DNA of 44,192 bases. It comes from a virus (Duplodnaviria > Caudoviricetes). A model generated the notes under the pieces. That model saw nothing but the letters and a program-made list of their open reading frames with translations. It was not told where the DNA came from and made no database searches. The stretch covers positions 1 through 44,192 of the IMG/VR virus record IMGVR_UViG_3300048074_000029; one strand, given 5' to 3'. The position numbers were made by a program, and so were the translations under genes. Each line of letters starts with the position of its first letter. Positions within the stretch are counted from its first letter, which is position 1. Of the stretch, positions 7,515-16,255 are shown in pieces.

Positions 7515-7760
7515 CGCCAATTCTTGCCGAGCAACCTACTCCTACCGATGGCCGAAGAGGCACTGAAACGCCAAAACAGCGGAGAGCGCGTCGAGATCGC
7601 AATCCCTATAGAACTAGGTTTTGCAATAGCAATGGAACTGGCCTCCCGCGTATATCCACACATCCCTGTCTGGCGCGAGAACCTCACCTCTTTGGGAGTA
7701 AAGGTCGCACACGATCCGACAACTAGAGTCGCCCATATCAGAACACGGAGGCCCGCATGA
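7494..7760 (+). CDS. Hypothetical protein (lower-GC cassette between direct repeats)
   Basis: 88 aa; starts MNDHELE like the next gene and ends RRPA like the previous gene. Confidence 0.7.
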   Translation: MNDHELERQFLPSNLLLPMAEEALKRQNSGERVEIAIPIELGFAIAMELASRVYPHIPVWRENLTSLGVKVAHDPTTRVAHIRTRRPA

Positions 7761-7777
7761 ACGACCACGAACTCGAG
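7746..7777 (+). repeat. 32-bp gene-junction direct repeat, copy 2
   Basis: Identical to 7483-7514. Confidence 0.97.
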
Positions 7778-7906
7778 GAGGCTATCCGCCGGATCGTATG
7801 CACCCTCCACGGCGAGGGGCTGGCCTCCGCCGCGGCGATTCAAGCGATCATCGCGGCGGCCCGGGCGTACGCCGGAGTGAAGCCCCAGGCAGGAGCGCCG
7901 TCATGA
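7757..7906 (+). CDS. Small hypothetical protein (49 aa)
   Basis: Translated by hand: MNDHELEEAIRRIV...QAGAPS; GGAGG RBS. Confidence 0.65.
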   Translation: MNDHELEEAIRRIVCTLHGEGLASAAAIQAIIAAARAYAGVKPQAGAPS

Positions 7907-8082
7907 ACGATCCCGACCTCTTCTCGGCCGCCGAGGACGACGCGCCGCACTTCTGCCGGGAGTGCGGGTACTGCCTCACGGATATGCACGGTCCAGGCCA
8001 CTACTGCGACCTGTCTAAGCAGGACGTGAAGCCGGACGCTTCGGCGTGCGGGAAGTTCACGGAGAACGGGAGGATGGCATGA
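7903..8082 (+). CDS. Small Cys-rich protein
   Basis: AGGAG RBS; CRECGYC...C...CGKF. Confidence 0.7.
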   Translation: MNDPDLFSAAEDDAPHFCRECGYCLTDMHGPGHYCDLSKQDVKPDASACGKFTENGRMA

Positions 8083-8513
8083 AGCGCCCGAAAATCACGA
8101 TCGAGGAGCTGATCGCGCGCGAGGGCGGATGGCTCGGGGGCGTGCGGCCGGCGGAGCTCTCCGTACGGACGCTCCACGAGGCGGCCGAGTACTTCGACTT
8201 CAAGTGGGCGAAGGACGCAATCGAGCACCCGTACCCGGAGCCCGAAACGCCATTCGACCGCTTCATGCGCGCGGCGCAATCGGCCCGCCTTTCGTTCGAC
8301 TTCATGGATAAGCCGAGTCCCGCGCTCGAGGGCATCCCCGTCCTGCGGCGCGACGATCCGCGCGTCCACCTGCCGCCGCCCGGCACGCGCGTCTACATCG
8401 ACGATCCGCATCGAGGCGAAACAAGGTGCGTCCCGCCGAGCAAGACAGTGCTCCGCATAATCGACGGGCCCTCACCTGGCGTGCGCGCCTATCGGTCGCC
8501 GGAACGCCCCTAA
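8079..8513 (+). CDS. Hypothetical protein
   Basis: GGAGG RBS before ATG 8079. Confidence 0.7.
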   Translation: MKRPKITIEELIAREGGWLGGVRPAELSVRTLHEAAEYFDFKWAKDAIEHPYPEPETPFDRFMRAAQSARLSFDFMDKPSPALEGIPVLRRDDPRVHLPPPGTRVYIDDPHRGETRCVPPSKTVLRIIDGPSPGVRAYRSPERP

Positions 8514-8860
8514 TGCCTTGCGACTACAGCCGGTACCCGCCGAACTGGTTCACGGAGATCCGCCCGCGCATCCTCGCTCGGTCGGAGGATTGCTGCGAGC
8601 GGTGCGGCGTCCCGAACCATACCCATATCGTCAGGACCGCCGACGGCTGGGAACTGGCGCTCGAGTCCGAAGAGGGCGCGGTTTGGATCATCCTGACGAT
8701 CGCGCACCTGGACCACGACCTCGAGAACAACTCCGACGAGAACCTGATGGCCTTGTGTCAGAAGTGCCACCTCGTCCACGACGCGCGCCAGCACGCGACA
8801 AGCCGGCGCGAGAACCGAGAGAAGCGGGACGGGCAACTCGTCCTAGAGGGGGGATCATGA
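8513..8860 (+). CDS. HNH-type endonuclease
   Basis: YPPNW...CERCG...LTIAHLDHD..N....NL.ALCQKCH. Confidence 0.85.
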   Translation: MPCDYSRYPPNWFTEIRPRILARSEDCCERCGVPNHTHIVRTADGWELALESEEGAVWIILTIAHLDHDLENNSDENLMALCQKCHLVHDARQHATSRRENREKRDGQLVLEGGS

Positions 8861-9180
8861 CGAAGAAGCGAGAGATCGCGGCCGCCGTAGCGGTGGCCCT
8901 GTTCGCAGGGCTCAGTCTCGGCGCCATCATCAGCCCGCGCCCCGATATGCCGGTGACGATCAGCGCGCCGGGGTCAGCCTGGACGCGGACCTACGAGTCC
9001 CCGCCCCCTGAGAACACGCCGATCGTCGGGTACTGGGCGTACAAGGGAGAGCGGATCATATTCGAGGCGGTCGGGGCCGGCGGGAAGTGGTTCGACTGGA
9101 CCGGGCGGGATGGCCCGGCGGCGGTGGTCTTCGAAGAGCCGCCGCTGGAGTGGATCGGCCAGCCAGGAGCGGCGAGATGA
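8857..9180 (+). CDS. Membrane-anchored or exported hypothetical protein
   Basis: Basic N-terminus then hydrophobic IAAAVAVALFAGLSLGAII. Confidence 0.7.
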   Translation: MTKKREIAAAVAVALFAGLSLGAIISPRPDMPVTISAPGSAWTRTYESPPPENTPIVGYWAYKGERIIFEAVGAGGKWFDWTGRDGPAAVVFEEPPLEWIGQPGAAR

Positions 9181-9812
9181 AAGAATGCACATGGAGCTAT
9201 AGCGGAATCACTTATTCGACCAAGTGCGGGCATGAGAACATCGGCGCCCCGGCGCCCGACGCGCTGTATTGCGAGTACTGCGGAGGACGCCTGCGGCACA
9301 TAGAACTAGCCACCCCGCCGCCCGAGACGAAACGCGACGAGGGGCCGAAGGCCGAAAAGCTCTATGCGATGGTGAGCGATGCACTCCGTGACTACGGAGC
9401 TCTGCTAGCGCTCCGCGGAGACTCCGGCGCTGTGGCCGAGAATGCCGGGCTCGCGCTCGATGAGCTGTGTGATCTCGCTTTATCTGCGCCGGGCGAGGCT
9501 TGTGCCCCCGCCCCGCAGTCGCAGGACGCGCGGGAAGGCGACATCGCAATTATTAAGGCGATGCTGCAAGACTACAAAGCTTCTCAGTGGAGTTGCTGCG
9601 AAGTATTAAATCTGTCATGGAACCCTGCGCCATACGACAAGGCTTTTGGAGCTCTTGCCCGCCTCTCCGCTCCCGCCGAGAAGACGGTGCCGATGGCGAT
9701 GCTGTGTGAAATAAAAAGTTTGGGTGAGTTTGCAGCTGAACACGACTTAAGTACGAGACCTAACGAGTTCGAAACTATCGCCGCACGCTACGGCATTAAG
9801 GTGGAGGACTAA
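9177..9812 (+). CDS. Mosaic hypothetical protein with N-terminal zinc ribbon
   Basis: AGGAG RBS before ATG 9177; C..W...KCG...YCEYCG. Confidence 0.7.
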   Translation: MKECTWSYSGITYSTKCGHENIGAPAPDALYCEYCGGRLRHIELATPPPETKRDEGPKAEKLYAMVSDALRDYGALLALRGDSGAVAENAGLALDELCDLALSAPGEACAPAPQSQDAREGDIAIIKAMLQDYKASQWSCCEVLNLSWNPAPYDKAFGALARLSAPAEKTVPMAMLCEIKSLGEFAAEHDLSTRPNEFETIAARYGIKVED

Positions 9813-9822
9813 GCCATGGACT
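9803..9822 (+). repeat. 20-bp gene-junction direct repeat (copy 2 at 10002-10021)
   Basis: GGAGGACTAAGCCATGGACT exact at both sites. Confidence 0.95.
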
Positions 9823-10001
9823 GTCCCGATTGTGGCGCAGAAATGGATTGTGTCGATACGACGTATTCAAATACAGGAAAGATATTCCCCGGCGTCAATC
9901 CTCAGCATACGGGAGATGTCTATAAATGCTCGAATGAATATTGCGAGAACAGATGGCTAGACAATTTCATAACTCGGACCTTGGAACGCTGGAACGGTTA
10001 A
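9816..10001 (+). CDS. Zinc-ribbon protein (low-GC cassette)
   Basis: CPDCG...YKCSNEYC; GGAGG RBS. Confidence 0.75.
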   Translation: MDCPDCGAEMDCVDTTYSNTGKIFPGVNPQHTGDVYKCSNEYCENRWLDNFITRTLERWNG

Positions 10002-10014
10002 GGAGGACTAAGCC

Positions 10015-10350
10015 ATGGACTACGAAGCAATCGCGCGAGAAATAATGCTTGCATGGTCCGATTTTAGCGAAGAGACGCGGACTAATATCGTCACCATCCT
10101 CCGCGCCCACTTCGAGCCGAAGGCCGAGCCGGGGCAGGATGCGAAGGACCTAGCGGAAGCCTGGGAGAAATGCAAAACCGAGCGTATAACAAAAGATTGG
10201 ACTATGGGGATGTCGTTCAATTATCAGGCATTCTTCACCTTAGGATGGGATGCCTCGAAGCGTTCACGAACAAAAATGACAGAGGCTATTGGGAATCTCC
10301 GCTCCGCCCTAGCCTCAAGCCCCCGCGAGGACGACAAGCATGCAAACTGA
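10015..10350 (+). CDS. Hypothetical protein
   Basis: AAGGAGG RBS. Confidence 0.7.
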   Translation: MDYEAIAREIMLAWSDFSEETRTNIVTILRAHFEPKAEPGQDAKDLAEAWEKCKTERITKDWTMGMSFNYQAFFTLGWDASKRSRTKMTEAIGNLRSALASSPREDDKHAN

Positions 10351-10519
10351 TACACCGTGCCCCGAGATATGCGAGGGATGCTGGTTTCTACTCGCAAACG
10401 GGAAAATATTTCCGGGCTGCACCCAGTGCTCGACGCTGGCAACGTATCGCCCGGACTTAGCACGTGAGACTGAAAAGATAACAAAGTGCGAGGACGACAA
10501 GGAGGTATCGGATGACTAG
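10340..10519 (+). CDS. Small Cys-rich protein (59 aa)
   Basis: Translated by hand: MQTDTPCPEICEGCW...GCTQC...EVSDD; flanked by GCGAGGACGACAAG repeats. Confidence 0.55.
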   Translation: MQTDTPCPEICEGCWFLLANGKIFPGCTQCSTLATYRPDLARETEKITKCEDDKEVSDD

Positions 10520-11051
10520 AGCAGCAGTTATTAAGAGTCTCCGGTCGCGAGCTGCGTGCCGCGAGTCGATGCAGTGGATTGCCCCACAGCGCGAGGCGAG
10601 CCCTCAGCAGCTATGGGATACCTGTCCGCACGGTGACTGGCTGTTGTGGCTGGCCGGGCGGATCAACATCAAGCGGGAGACGCTGGTACTGGCGGCGTGC
10701 GATTGCGCACGGCTGTCGCTGGTCTACGTCCCGGCCGGCGAGCTGCGGCCCCTCCAGGCTCTCGAGACAGCGGAAGCCTGGGCTCGTGGTGATGCAACGC
10801 TCGACGAGGTGAACGCCGCCGCCGTCGCCGCACGCGCCGCCGCATACGCCGCAGACGCCGTCGCCGCACGCGCCACCGCATACGCCGCAGACGCCGCCGC
10901 CGTCGCCGCACGCGCCACCGCATACGCCGCAGACGCCGCCGCCGTCGCCGCGGTTCTCCAGCAATGCGCCGACCTCGTGCGCGTTAGGATATCGTACCAA
11001 ATGGTCGAGCAGGCAATGCGCGAGGGCAACAAGGAGGGCGCACTTGGTTAA
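10512..11051 (+). CDS. Imm5-like (putative immunity family) protein with Ala-rich repeats
   Basis: WDTCPHGDWLLW...LAACDCAR...ELRPLQALETAEAWARG pattern; AAGGAGG RBS. Confidence 0.7.
   Translation: MTRAAVIKSLRSRAACRESMQWIAPQREASPQQLWDTCPHGDWLLWLAGRINIKRETLVLAACDCARLSLVYVPAGELRPLQALETAEAWARGDATLDEVNAAAVAARAAAYAADAVAARATAYAADAAAVAARATAYAADAAAVAAVLQQCADLVRVRISYQMVEQAMREGNKEGALG
10815..10951 (+). repeat. 36-42 bp tandem repeat encoding (AA)AVAARA(A/T)AYAAD
   Basis: About 3.4 near-identical units. Confidence 0.9.
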
Positions 11052-11649
11052 CATAACCGACAGAGCGCGGGAGCTGACCGAAGAGATCGGCGATAGATTC
11101 TCAGCGCACGCACTAAAAAAGGATTGGATGATTAAATATCTCGCCTCCGCCCTCCAGCGCGTACTGGACGAGGCGGCGGAACGCGGCGACGCATGGCTTG
11201 ATGAGCAGGCGAAAAGCTCGGGCATGGAAGGCAACCCGGCCTTCGAGCGCCTACGCATGAGACAGCATGCAAGCCTCCGCGCCGCCATCCAGGGCTCCAA
11301 GCCTCAAACCGAGCGCCCCGCGCCGATGGGCGGAGAGGCGAAGCTACGGGAGGCGTTGGAACGCGCCGAGAAGGCCGAGTCTATTCATGCCTGGGACGAG
11401 GCGAATGCGAAAGACTGGGAGAAGCGTGCAGGCGAGGCTATAGCCGAAGCGGCGAAGCTCGGGAAGGCGGCGTCTTTAGCTCTCGAATTAATCGAGCGCG
11501 CCGCGAAGGATGCCGGAGACAAATCGGGCCCGGGTTGTCCGTTTGAGTGCCATGACGAAGATTGCGAGCCTTGCTTACCGCAAAGAGCTGAAAAAGCCCT
11601 CCGCGAAGCCTTGGCCTCGTCCGCGAGCGCGGGGGAGGGGGAGGGATGA
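11044..11649 (+). CDS. Mosaic hypothetical protein
   Basis: AAGGAGG before the TTG start; LREAL segments; C-terminal Cys cluster. Confidence 0.7.
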   Translation: MVNITDRARELTEEIGDRFSAHALKKDWMIKYLASALQRVLDEAAERGDAWLDEQAKSSGMEGNPAFERLRMRQHASLRAAIQGSKPQTERPAPMGGEAKLREALERAEKAESIHAWDEANAKDWEKRAGEAIAEAAKLGKAASLALELIERAAKDAGDKSGPGCPFECHDEDCEPCLPQRAEKALREALASSASAGEGEG

Positions 11650-12251
11650 TCGCTGCGCTATTCGTCGAGACCGGCGGCGCCTATTTCGGCCTGCCGAACG
11701 TGGACCCGTGGGACGAGGCGCGAGACGCCCGGCTCTATGACGGCCCTTGGCCCGTCGTCGCGCATCCGCCTTGTGCGCGGTGGTGTCGGCTTGCTGGCCT
11801 CGTCGAGGCACGCTATGGGAAAAAGAAAGGCGACGATGGTGGATGCTTCGCCTCGGCGCTCGCCTCCGTCCGGCGATGGGGCGGCGTGCTCGAGCATCCG
11901 GCCTACTCCGACGCTTGGGCTACCCTTGGGCTTCCCGTGCCGCCATCTTCGGGCGGATGGATCGGCGATTTATTCGGCGGCTGGTCTTGTCAAGTCGAGC
12001 AAGGACATTATGGGCATCTTGCCCCAAAAGAAACTTGGCTTTACGCGGTTGGATGTAAATTGCCTATCCTCAAGCGCGGAAAGAGCGACGCAAAAATGGG
12101 CATTAACACGTGGTATCCGCTGGAACGGATGGACCCCGCATCAAGAAAGGCCGAGATACCTAAGCGCCTACGCGCCGCAACCCCGCAAGCCTTCCGCGAC
12201 ATCCTGATAGCCATGGCGGAAAGCGCGAGCAGGGAGGAGTCCCCATGCTGA
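11646..12251 (+). CDS. Short DNA cytosine-C5 methyltransferase-like protein
   Basis: AHPPC (catalytic motif IV), GVLEHP (motif VI-like), KETWLY; no canonical FxGxG motif. Confidence 0.65.
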   Translation: MIAALFVETGGAYFGLPNVDPWDEARDARLYDGPWPVVAHPPCARWCRLAGLVEARYGKKKGDDGGCFASALASVRRWGGVLEHPAYSDAWATLGLPVPPSSGGWIGDLFGGWSCQVEQGHYGHLAPKETWLYAVGCKLPILKRGKSDAKMGINTWYPLERMDPASRKAEIPKRLRAATPQAFRDILIAMAESASREESPC

Positions 12252-12379
12252 GCGATGACGCAATCGAGTGCCTGGCGATCGACATCGCGGCGAAGCTCGC
12301 GGACCTGCGCGACGCCCCCTTCGACGATCGCGTCGACGCGGTGGCGATTATGATCAAGAAGAGGTTGGAGAAGCCATGA
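12245..12379 (+). CDS. Small hypothetical protein (44 aa)
   Basis: Translated by hand: MLSDDAIECLAIDIAAKL...; GGAGGAG RBS. Confidence 0.6.
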   Translation: MLSDDAIECLAIDIAAKLADLRDAPFDDRVDAVAIMIKKRLEKP

Positions 12380-12615
12380 AGATCGAATACTACATCACCA
12401 CGCGCGGTGAGTGCGGGCGCCTCGAGTACCTCCCAAAAGGCGCGAGGGTCGATGCGATCGACAACCGTGAATTCCTGGCCTTCTGCGAAGGTTGCGGCAA
12501 GCCCATTCTCGCCGAAGACGCGGGGAAAGATATACCTGCGGATCACTACCAGGCTGACGGCGAAGGGGATTATCTCTGCGGGACCTGCCTCGATGAACTG
12601 AGGAAGGAGCCATGA
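12376..12615 (+). CDS. Zinc-finger hypothetical protein
   Basis: CEGCGKPI...LCGTC; ATGA coupling. Confidence 0.7.
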   Translation: MKIEYYITTRGECGRLEYLPKGARVDAIDNREFLAFCEGCGKPILAEDAGKDIPADHYQADGEGDYLCGTCLDELRKEP

Positions 12616-12896
12616 GCCGCCACGTCGAGGTTCCCTGCTGGGTTGACGGCGTACCTTTTGAGAATATGACGCTCGCCGCGGACGACCTCGGCGTTAACGT
12701 CTCCGTGCTATCCCGTGCCCACAAGGACCATACCCGCTTCCAGGTCCTTGACGAATCTAACCGCCTGCGGACGGTGGACTTCCAAAACCCGGGCCCGGTT
12801 GAGCCGCCTCCACCTCCTCCTCTGCCGCACCCGCGCCGCCCGGGCGAGCCCCTTCTCCGCTTCCCCATAACCCACCGCCTAGGAGCCTATCGATGA
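12612..12896 (+). CDS. Hypothetical protein, possible HTH
   Basis: AAGGAG RBS; DGVPFENMTLAADDLGVNVSVLSRA. Confidence 0.65.
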   Translation: MSRHVEVPCWVDGVPFENMTLAADDLGVNVSVLSRAHKDHTRFQVLDESNRLRTVDFQNPGPVEPPPPPPLPHPRRPGEPLLRFPITHRLGAYR

Positions 12897-13192
12897 GCAA
12901 GCGCGACCCGATCATGCTTCCGCCGGGGAGCGTCGTATACACCGTGGTCATCACCAGGGAGACCAAGCCGAAGGAGAACGACTTCACCCCGCCGCGGATT
13001 ATCTACTCGGCAGCGCTCATGCGCGGGAACGCCCTCGTCAGCGGGGCATCCGGCGGGCTCTCCCCGATGATCGCCAAGAGCCTAGACAAAGAGACCCGGA
13101 AGGTGCGAGAGATGGAGGCGTACGGCCAGGTGATAGCCACGCTGGCGAAGATCATCATCTCGGACTCGGCGGATAGGATCGTGGGAGGCTGA
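12893..13192 (+). CDS. Hypothetical protein
   Basis: AGGAG RBS; ATGA coupling. Confidence 0.65.
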   Translation: MSKRDPIMLPPGSVVYTVVITRETKPKENDFTPPRIIYSAALMRGNALVSGASGGLSPMIAKSLDKETRKVREMEAYGQVIATLAKIIISDSADRIVGG

Positions 13193-13194
13193 GC

Positions 13195-13548
13195 ATGCGC
13201 GAGATCAAGTTCAGGGCGTGGGACGGCGACGGGTTGGTTTATTCCGACGACTTCGCGGACAAGCTCGAAGGATTTTTTGCGACCTACGACGGCGACTATA
13301 ACCACGACCTAAGAGAGCAGTACACCGGCCGCCATGACAAGAACGGCAAGGAGATATACGAAGGGGATGTCGTACTAGTAGAAGGCAAGGGTATGCATTT
13401 AGTGCGGTGGGATGAAGAAGCTAACGCATGGGCCCTCGGGAATAATGTAGAGACATGGCGCTGGCTTAAGACGTGCTACACTAATCAATATGTTGTCCTA
13501 GGCAATATTCACGAGAGCGCCGCAGGGAAAGAGGAGCTCTTGAAGTGA
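13195..13548 (+). CDS. YopX-family protein
   Basis: MREIKFRAWD...QYTG..DKNGKEIYEGDVV...VLGNIHE signature. Confidence 0.92.
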   Translation: MREIKFRAWDGDGLVYSDDFADKLEGFFATYDGDYNHDLREQYTGRHDKNGKEIYEGDVVLVEGKGMHLVRWDEEANAWALGNNVETWRWLKTCYTNQYVVLGNIHESAAGKEELLK

Positions 13549-14135
13549 AGGACCCGTACAAGACCCTCGGCGTAGCCCGAGACGCGAGTCACCAGGAGAT
13601 CAAGCGCGCCTACCGCGCCAAGGCCAAAAAAGACCACCCGGACGCCGGAGGCCGCGAGTCCGAGATGGCCGAGCTGACCGGCGCCTACGCCCTCCTCTCC
13701 AGCCCGGAGCGCCGCAAGAACTACGACGAGACCGGCGAGGATCGCCAGCGCGACCGGACGGGCCTCGTCATGCAGAAGGTCGCCCAGATGGCCGCCGCGG
13801 TGTTCTTCGAGCAGGCCGGCCGCCGTGTCGACGGCTTCCTCGCCGAGTACGAGGCCCGATGGAAGCAGCGCTACGAGGACGACAAGGCCGAGGGCGCGAA
13901 GCGTCGCGCGCTCATCGAGGCGGCCCAGGCGCGGCTGGTGAAGCGGCCGGAGCGGGACGCCATCGGGGACTTCCTCGAGAGCCACCTCGCGAGCATCGAG
14001 CGGACCCTCCGCACGCTGGAGGAGCAGAACGAGATCGAACTCGAGGCCCTGGCAGTCATGCGGTCCTATAAGTACAAGGAGCCGCCGGCGGTGATCTCGA
14101 CCGTCTACTACACGCTCGGCGGGTTCGGCGGATGA
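13545..14135 (+). CDS. J-domain (DnaJ-like) protein with coiled-coil C-terminus
   Basis: DPYKTLGV...EIKRAYR..AK..HPD...AYALLS.PERRKNYD. Confidence 0.92.
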   Translation: MKDPYKTLGVARDASHQEIKRAYRAKAKKDHPDAGGRESEMAELTGAYALLSSPERRKNYDETGEDRQRDRTGLVMQKVAQMAAAVFFEQAGRRVDGFLAEYEARWKQRYEDDKAEGAKRRALIEAAQARLVKRPERDAIGDFLESHLASIERTLRTLEEQNEIELEALAVMRSYKYKEPPAVISTVYYTLGGFGG

Positions 14136-14176
14136 ACCTGGCGCCGGATTGACTGGAATAGGGGTAGCATAGAGCC

Positions 14177-14848
14177 ATGGCACGGCCGACGAAGTACAAC
14201 CCGGAGATCCACCCCGCACTCGCCGAGGCATGGGCAAGCGCCGGGAAGGTGGACAAGGAGATCGCCGCGAAGCTCGGAATATCCGAGGCCACCCTGAACA
14301 CATGGAAGAAAGAACATTCCGAGTTTCTGGAGTCCATAAAAAGAGGGAAGGCAGCCCCCGACGACAACGTGGAGCGAAGCCTTTACGAGCGGGCAATCGG
14401 GTATAGCTTCAACAGCGAGAAGATACTGACCGTGAACGATGGACACGGGCTCGGCTCCCACATCGAGCGCGTCCCAGTGGTGGAGCATTGCCCCCCCGAC
14501 CCGACCGCGATCATCTTCTTCCTCACCAACCGCAGGCCGGAGAAGTGGCGCCGCCGCGGGGAGCTGAAGCTCGAGACGCCACCGGCGAGCGAAGGCGGGA
14601 CAGCCTTCGCCCTCGTCGAGAAAAGGAGCATCGAAGAATGGGAGAAGCACTTCGAGCATGGGAACCCCAGCCCCGACAAGCCCAGGCCCTCGCCTGCCCA
14701 GCCTTCGAGCTCTTCTACGGCGGGGCGAAAGGCGGCGGGAAGTCGGACTTCCTCCTCGGGGACTTCCTCGCGGGCGTCGAAGAGTACGGCGAAGCGTGGA
14801 AAGGCATCATCTTCCGCCGCACGTACAAAGAGCTCGAAGAGATCATAG
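14177..14848 (+). CDS. terS: Terminase small subunit
   Basis: ARPTKYNP, HTH, VERSLYERAIGY, PPDPTAIIFFLTNRRPEKWR; directly upstream of TerL. Confidence 0.85.
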   Translation: MARPTKYNPEIHPALAEAWASAGKVDKEIAAKLGISEATLNTWKKEHSEFLESIKRGKAAPDDNVERSLYERAIGYSFNSEKILTVNDGHGLGSHIERVPVVEHCPPDPTAIIFFLTNRRPEKWRRRGELKLETPPASEGGTAFALVEKRSIEEWEKHFEHGNPSPDKPRPSPAQPSSSSTAGRKAAGSRTSSSGTSSRASKSTAKRGKASSSAARTKSSKRS

Positions 14849-16020
14849 CCAGGTCCCGCGAGATCTACGGCAAGTACCCCGGCGCCACGTACACGGCCTC
14901 GGGGGAGAGAGAGAAGACCTGGATATTCCCCACCGGCGCCGCGCTCAAGTTCCGGCATCTTGAATCCGACCTCGACGTGGGAGGATACCAGGGCCATCAG
15001 TACACCTGGATCGGCTTCGACGAACTCTCCGAGTTCCCTTCCCCTGGCCCGTACATCTTCATGCTCTCGTGCGCGCGCTCAGCTGCCGGCGCGCCCTGCT
15101 ATGTCCGGGCGACCGGCAACCCAGGCAGGCCCGGCCATGGATGGATCAAGGCGCGCTTCATCGACCCAGCGAAGCCATTCGCTATCTACCGCGACCCGGA
15201 GACCGACCTGACGCGCTGCTACATCCCGGCCCGCCTCGAGGACAACACCCGGCTTATGGAGAATGACCCGGACTATGAGAAGCGGCTTCTCCTCCTACCG
15301 ATGCACCTGCGGAAAGCCTTCCGCCTGGGCGACTGGGACGTTATCGTCGGGCAGGTCTTTCTCGAGTTCCGATGGGAGCGAAACACAATTGATCGCCAGC
15401 CGCTTGACGCGACCTGGGGGAAGTTCTCGGCCCTGGACTGGGGCTACGCGAAGCCGTTCAGCCTCGGCAAGTACGCCGTCAACCAGGACGGCCGCGTCAT
15501 CAGATACGGCGAATGGTACGGGTGCGACCCGCACGACTACAATGTCGGGCTCAGGATGGGCGCTCGCGAGGTCGCGAAAAAGTGGTGGTCACAGTGTATC
15601 GACGACGGGATTACCGTAATTGTCGCGGACCCGGCGTGCTGGTCGAAGGACGACGACAACCCGAGTATCGCCGAGACCTTCGAGTCTGTCGGCTTCACGA
15701 TGGTTAAGGCGAACAACGACCGCCATAATGGGCTCCAGAAGCTCCACGACCTCATGCAGGTAACCGGGCTAGACGGAAAGCCTATGTTCCTCGTGACGAG
15801 GAATTGTACGGCGTGGATCCGCACGGTCCCGAACCTGACGGCCGACCCTCGCGACCCGGAGGACATCGACACCAACCTCGAGGACCACCCCTTCGATGAG
15901 ACGAAGTACGCCCTCATGTCCGAGTACATCCAGAACCCGCGCCGCCTCATCCGTTCCCCCGTGCTCCGCGCCTCCGCAGCCCCCCGCAAGCCCTACGACC
16001 CCCTGAGCCAGCCCCTCTAG
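14638..16020 (+). CDS. terL: Terminase large subunit
   Basis: AAAGGAG RBS before ATG 14638; YGGAKGGGKS Walker A, IGFDE Walker B, TGNPG, LDWGYAKP nuclease motif, DHPFDETKY. Confidence 0.95.
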   Translation: MGEALRAWEPQPRQAQALACPAFELFYGGAKGGGKSDFLLGDFLAGVEEYGEAWKGIIFRRTYKELEEIIARSREIYGKYPGATYTASGEREKTWIFPTGAALKFRHLESDLDVGGYQGHQYTWIGFDELSEFPSPGPYIFMLSCARSAAGAPCYVRATGNPGRPGHGWIKARFIDPAKPFAIYRDPETDLTRCYIPARLEDNTRLMENDPDYEKRLLLLPMHLRKAFRLGDWDVIVGQVFLEFRWERNTIDRQPLDATWGKFSALDWGYAKPFSLGKYAVNQDGRVIRYGEWYGCDPHDYNVGLRMGAREVAKKWWSQCIDDGITVIVADPACWSKDDDNPSIAETFESVGFTMVKANNDRHNGLQKLHDLMQVTGLDGKPMFLVTRNCTAWIRTVPNLTADPRDPEDIDTNLEDHPFDETKYALMSEYIQNPRRLIRSPVLRASAAPRKPYDPLSQPL

Positions 16021-16118
16021 TACGATTTTCACGATTTCCCTCCCGCGTTTTCCACCCGCATAGAACCGCCAACACGCGACAGCGCTACCACTGGGACTGC
16101 CCACGCTACGCGCACCAC

Positions 16119-16255
16119 GGGGGAACGCCCCCTCTAGGCAGATTGCAATCCAAGGAGTAGGAGGAAGGTGGTCCTCCTTACAAGCCGGCGGCGGCCGGTA
16201 AGCCAGAACGGGGCGGTGAAGCGCTGGGGCCTACTACTTCAGCGCCATTCCGCCC
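16119..16255 (+). promoter_or_regulatory. Hairpin-rich spacer between terL and portal
   Basis: GGGGG/CCCCC 16119-32, GATTGCAATC 16141-50, AGGAGG/CCTCCT 16159-78, GCCGGC/GCCGGT 16184-99, GGGCGG/CCGCCC + GCGCTG/CAGCGC 16211-55. Confidence 0.45.

Noticed and set aside
14149-14170. Late promoter TTGACT...TAGCAT before terS
   Set aside because: Only 10 bp separate the hexamers, incompatible with a standard sigma70 promoter
14638-14848. 211-nt terS/terL overlap as a programmed frameshift
   Set aside because: terL has its own RBS and ATG at 14638; the TerS tail is low-complexity read-through; no slippery site seen
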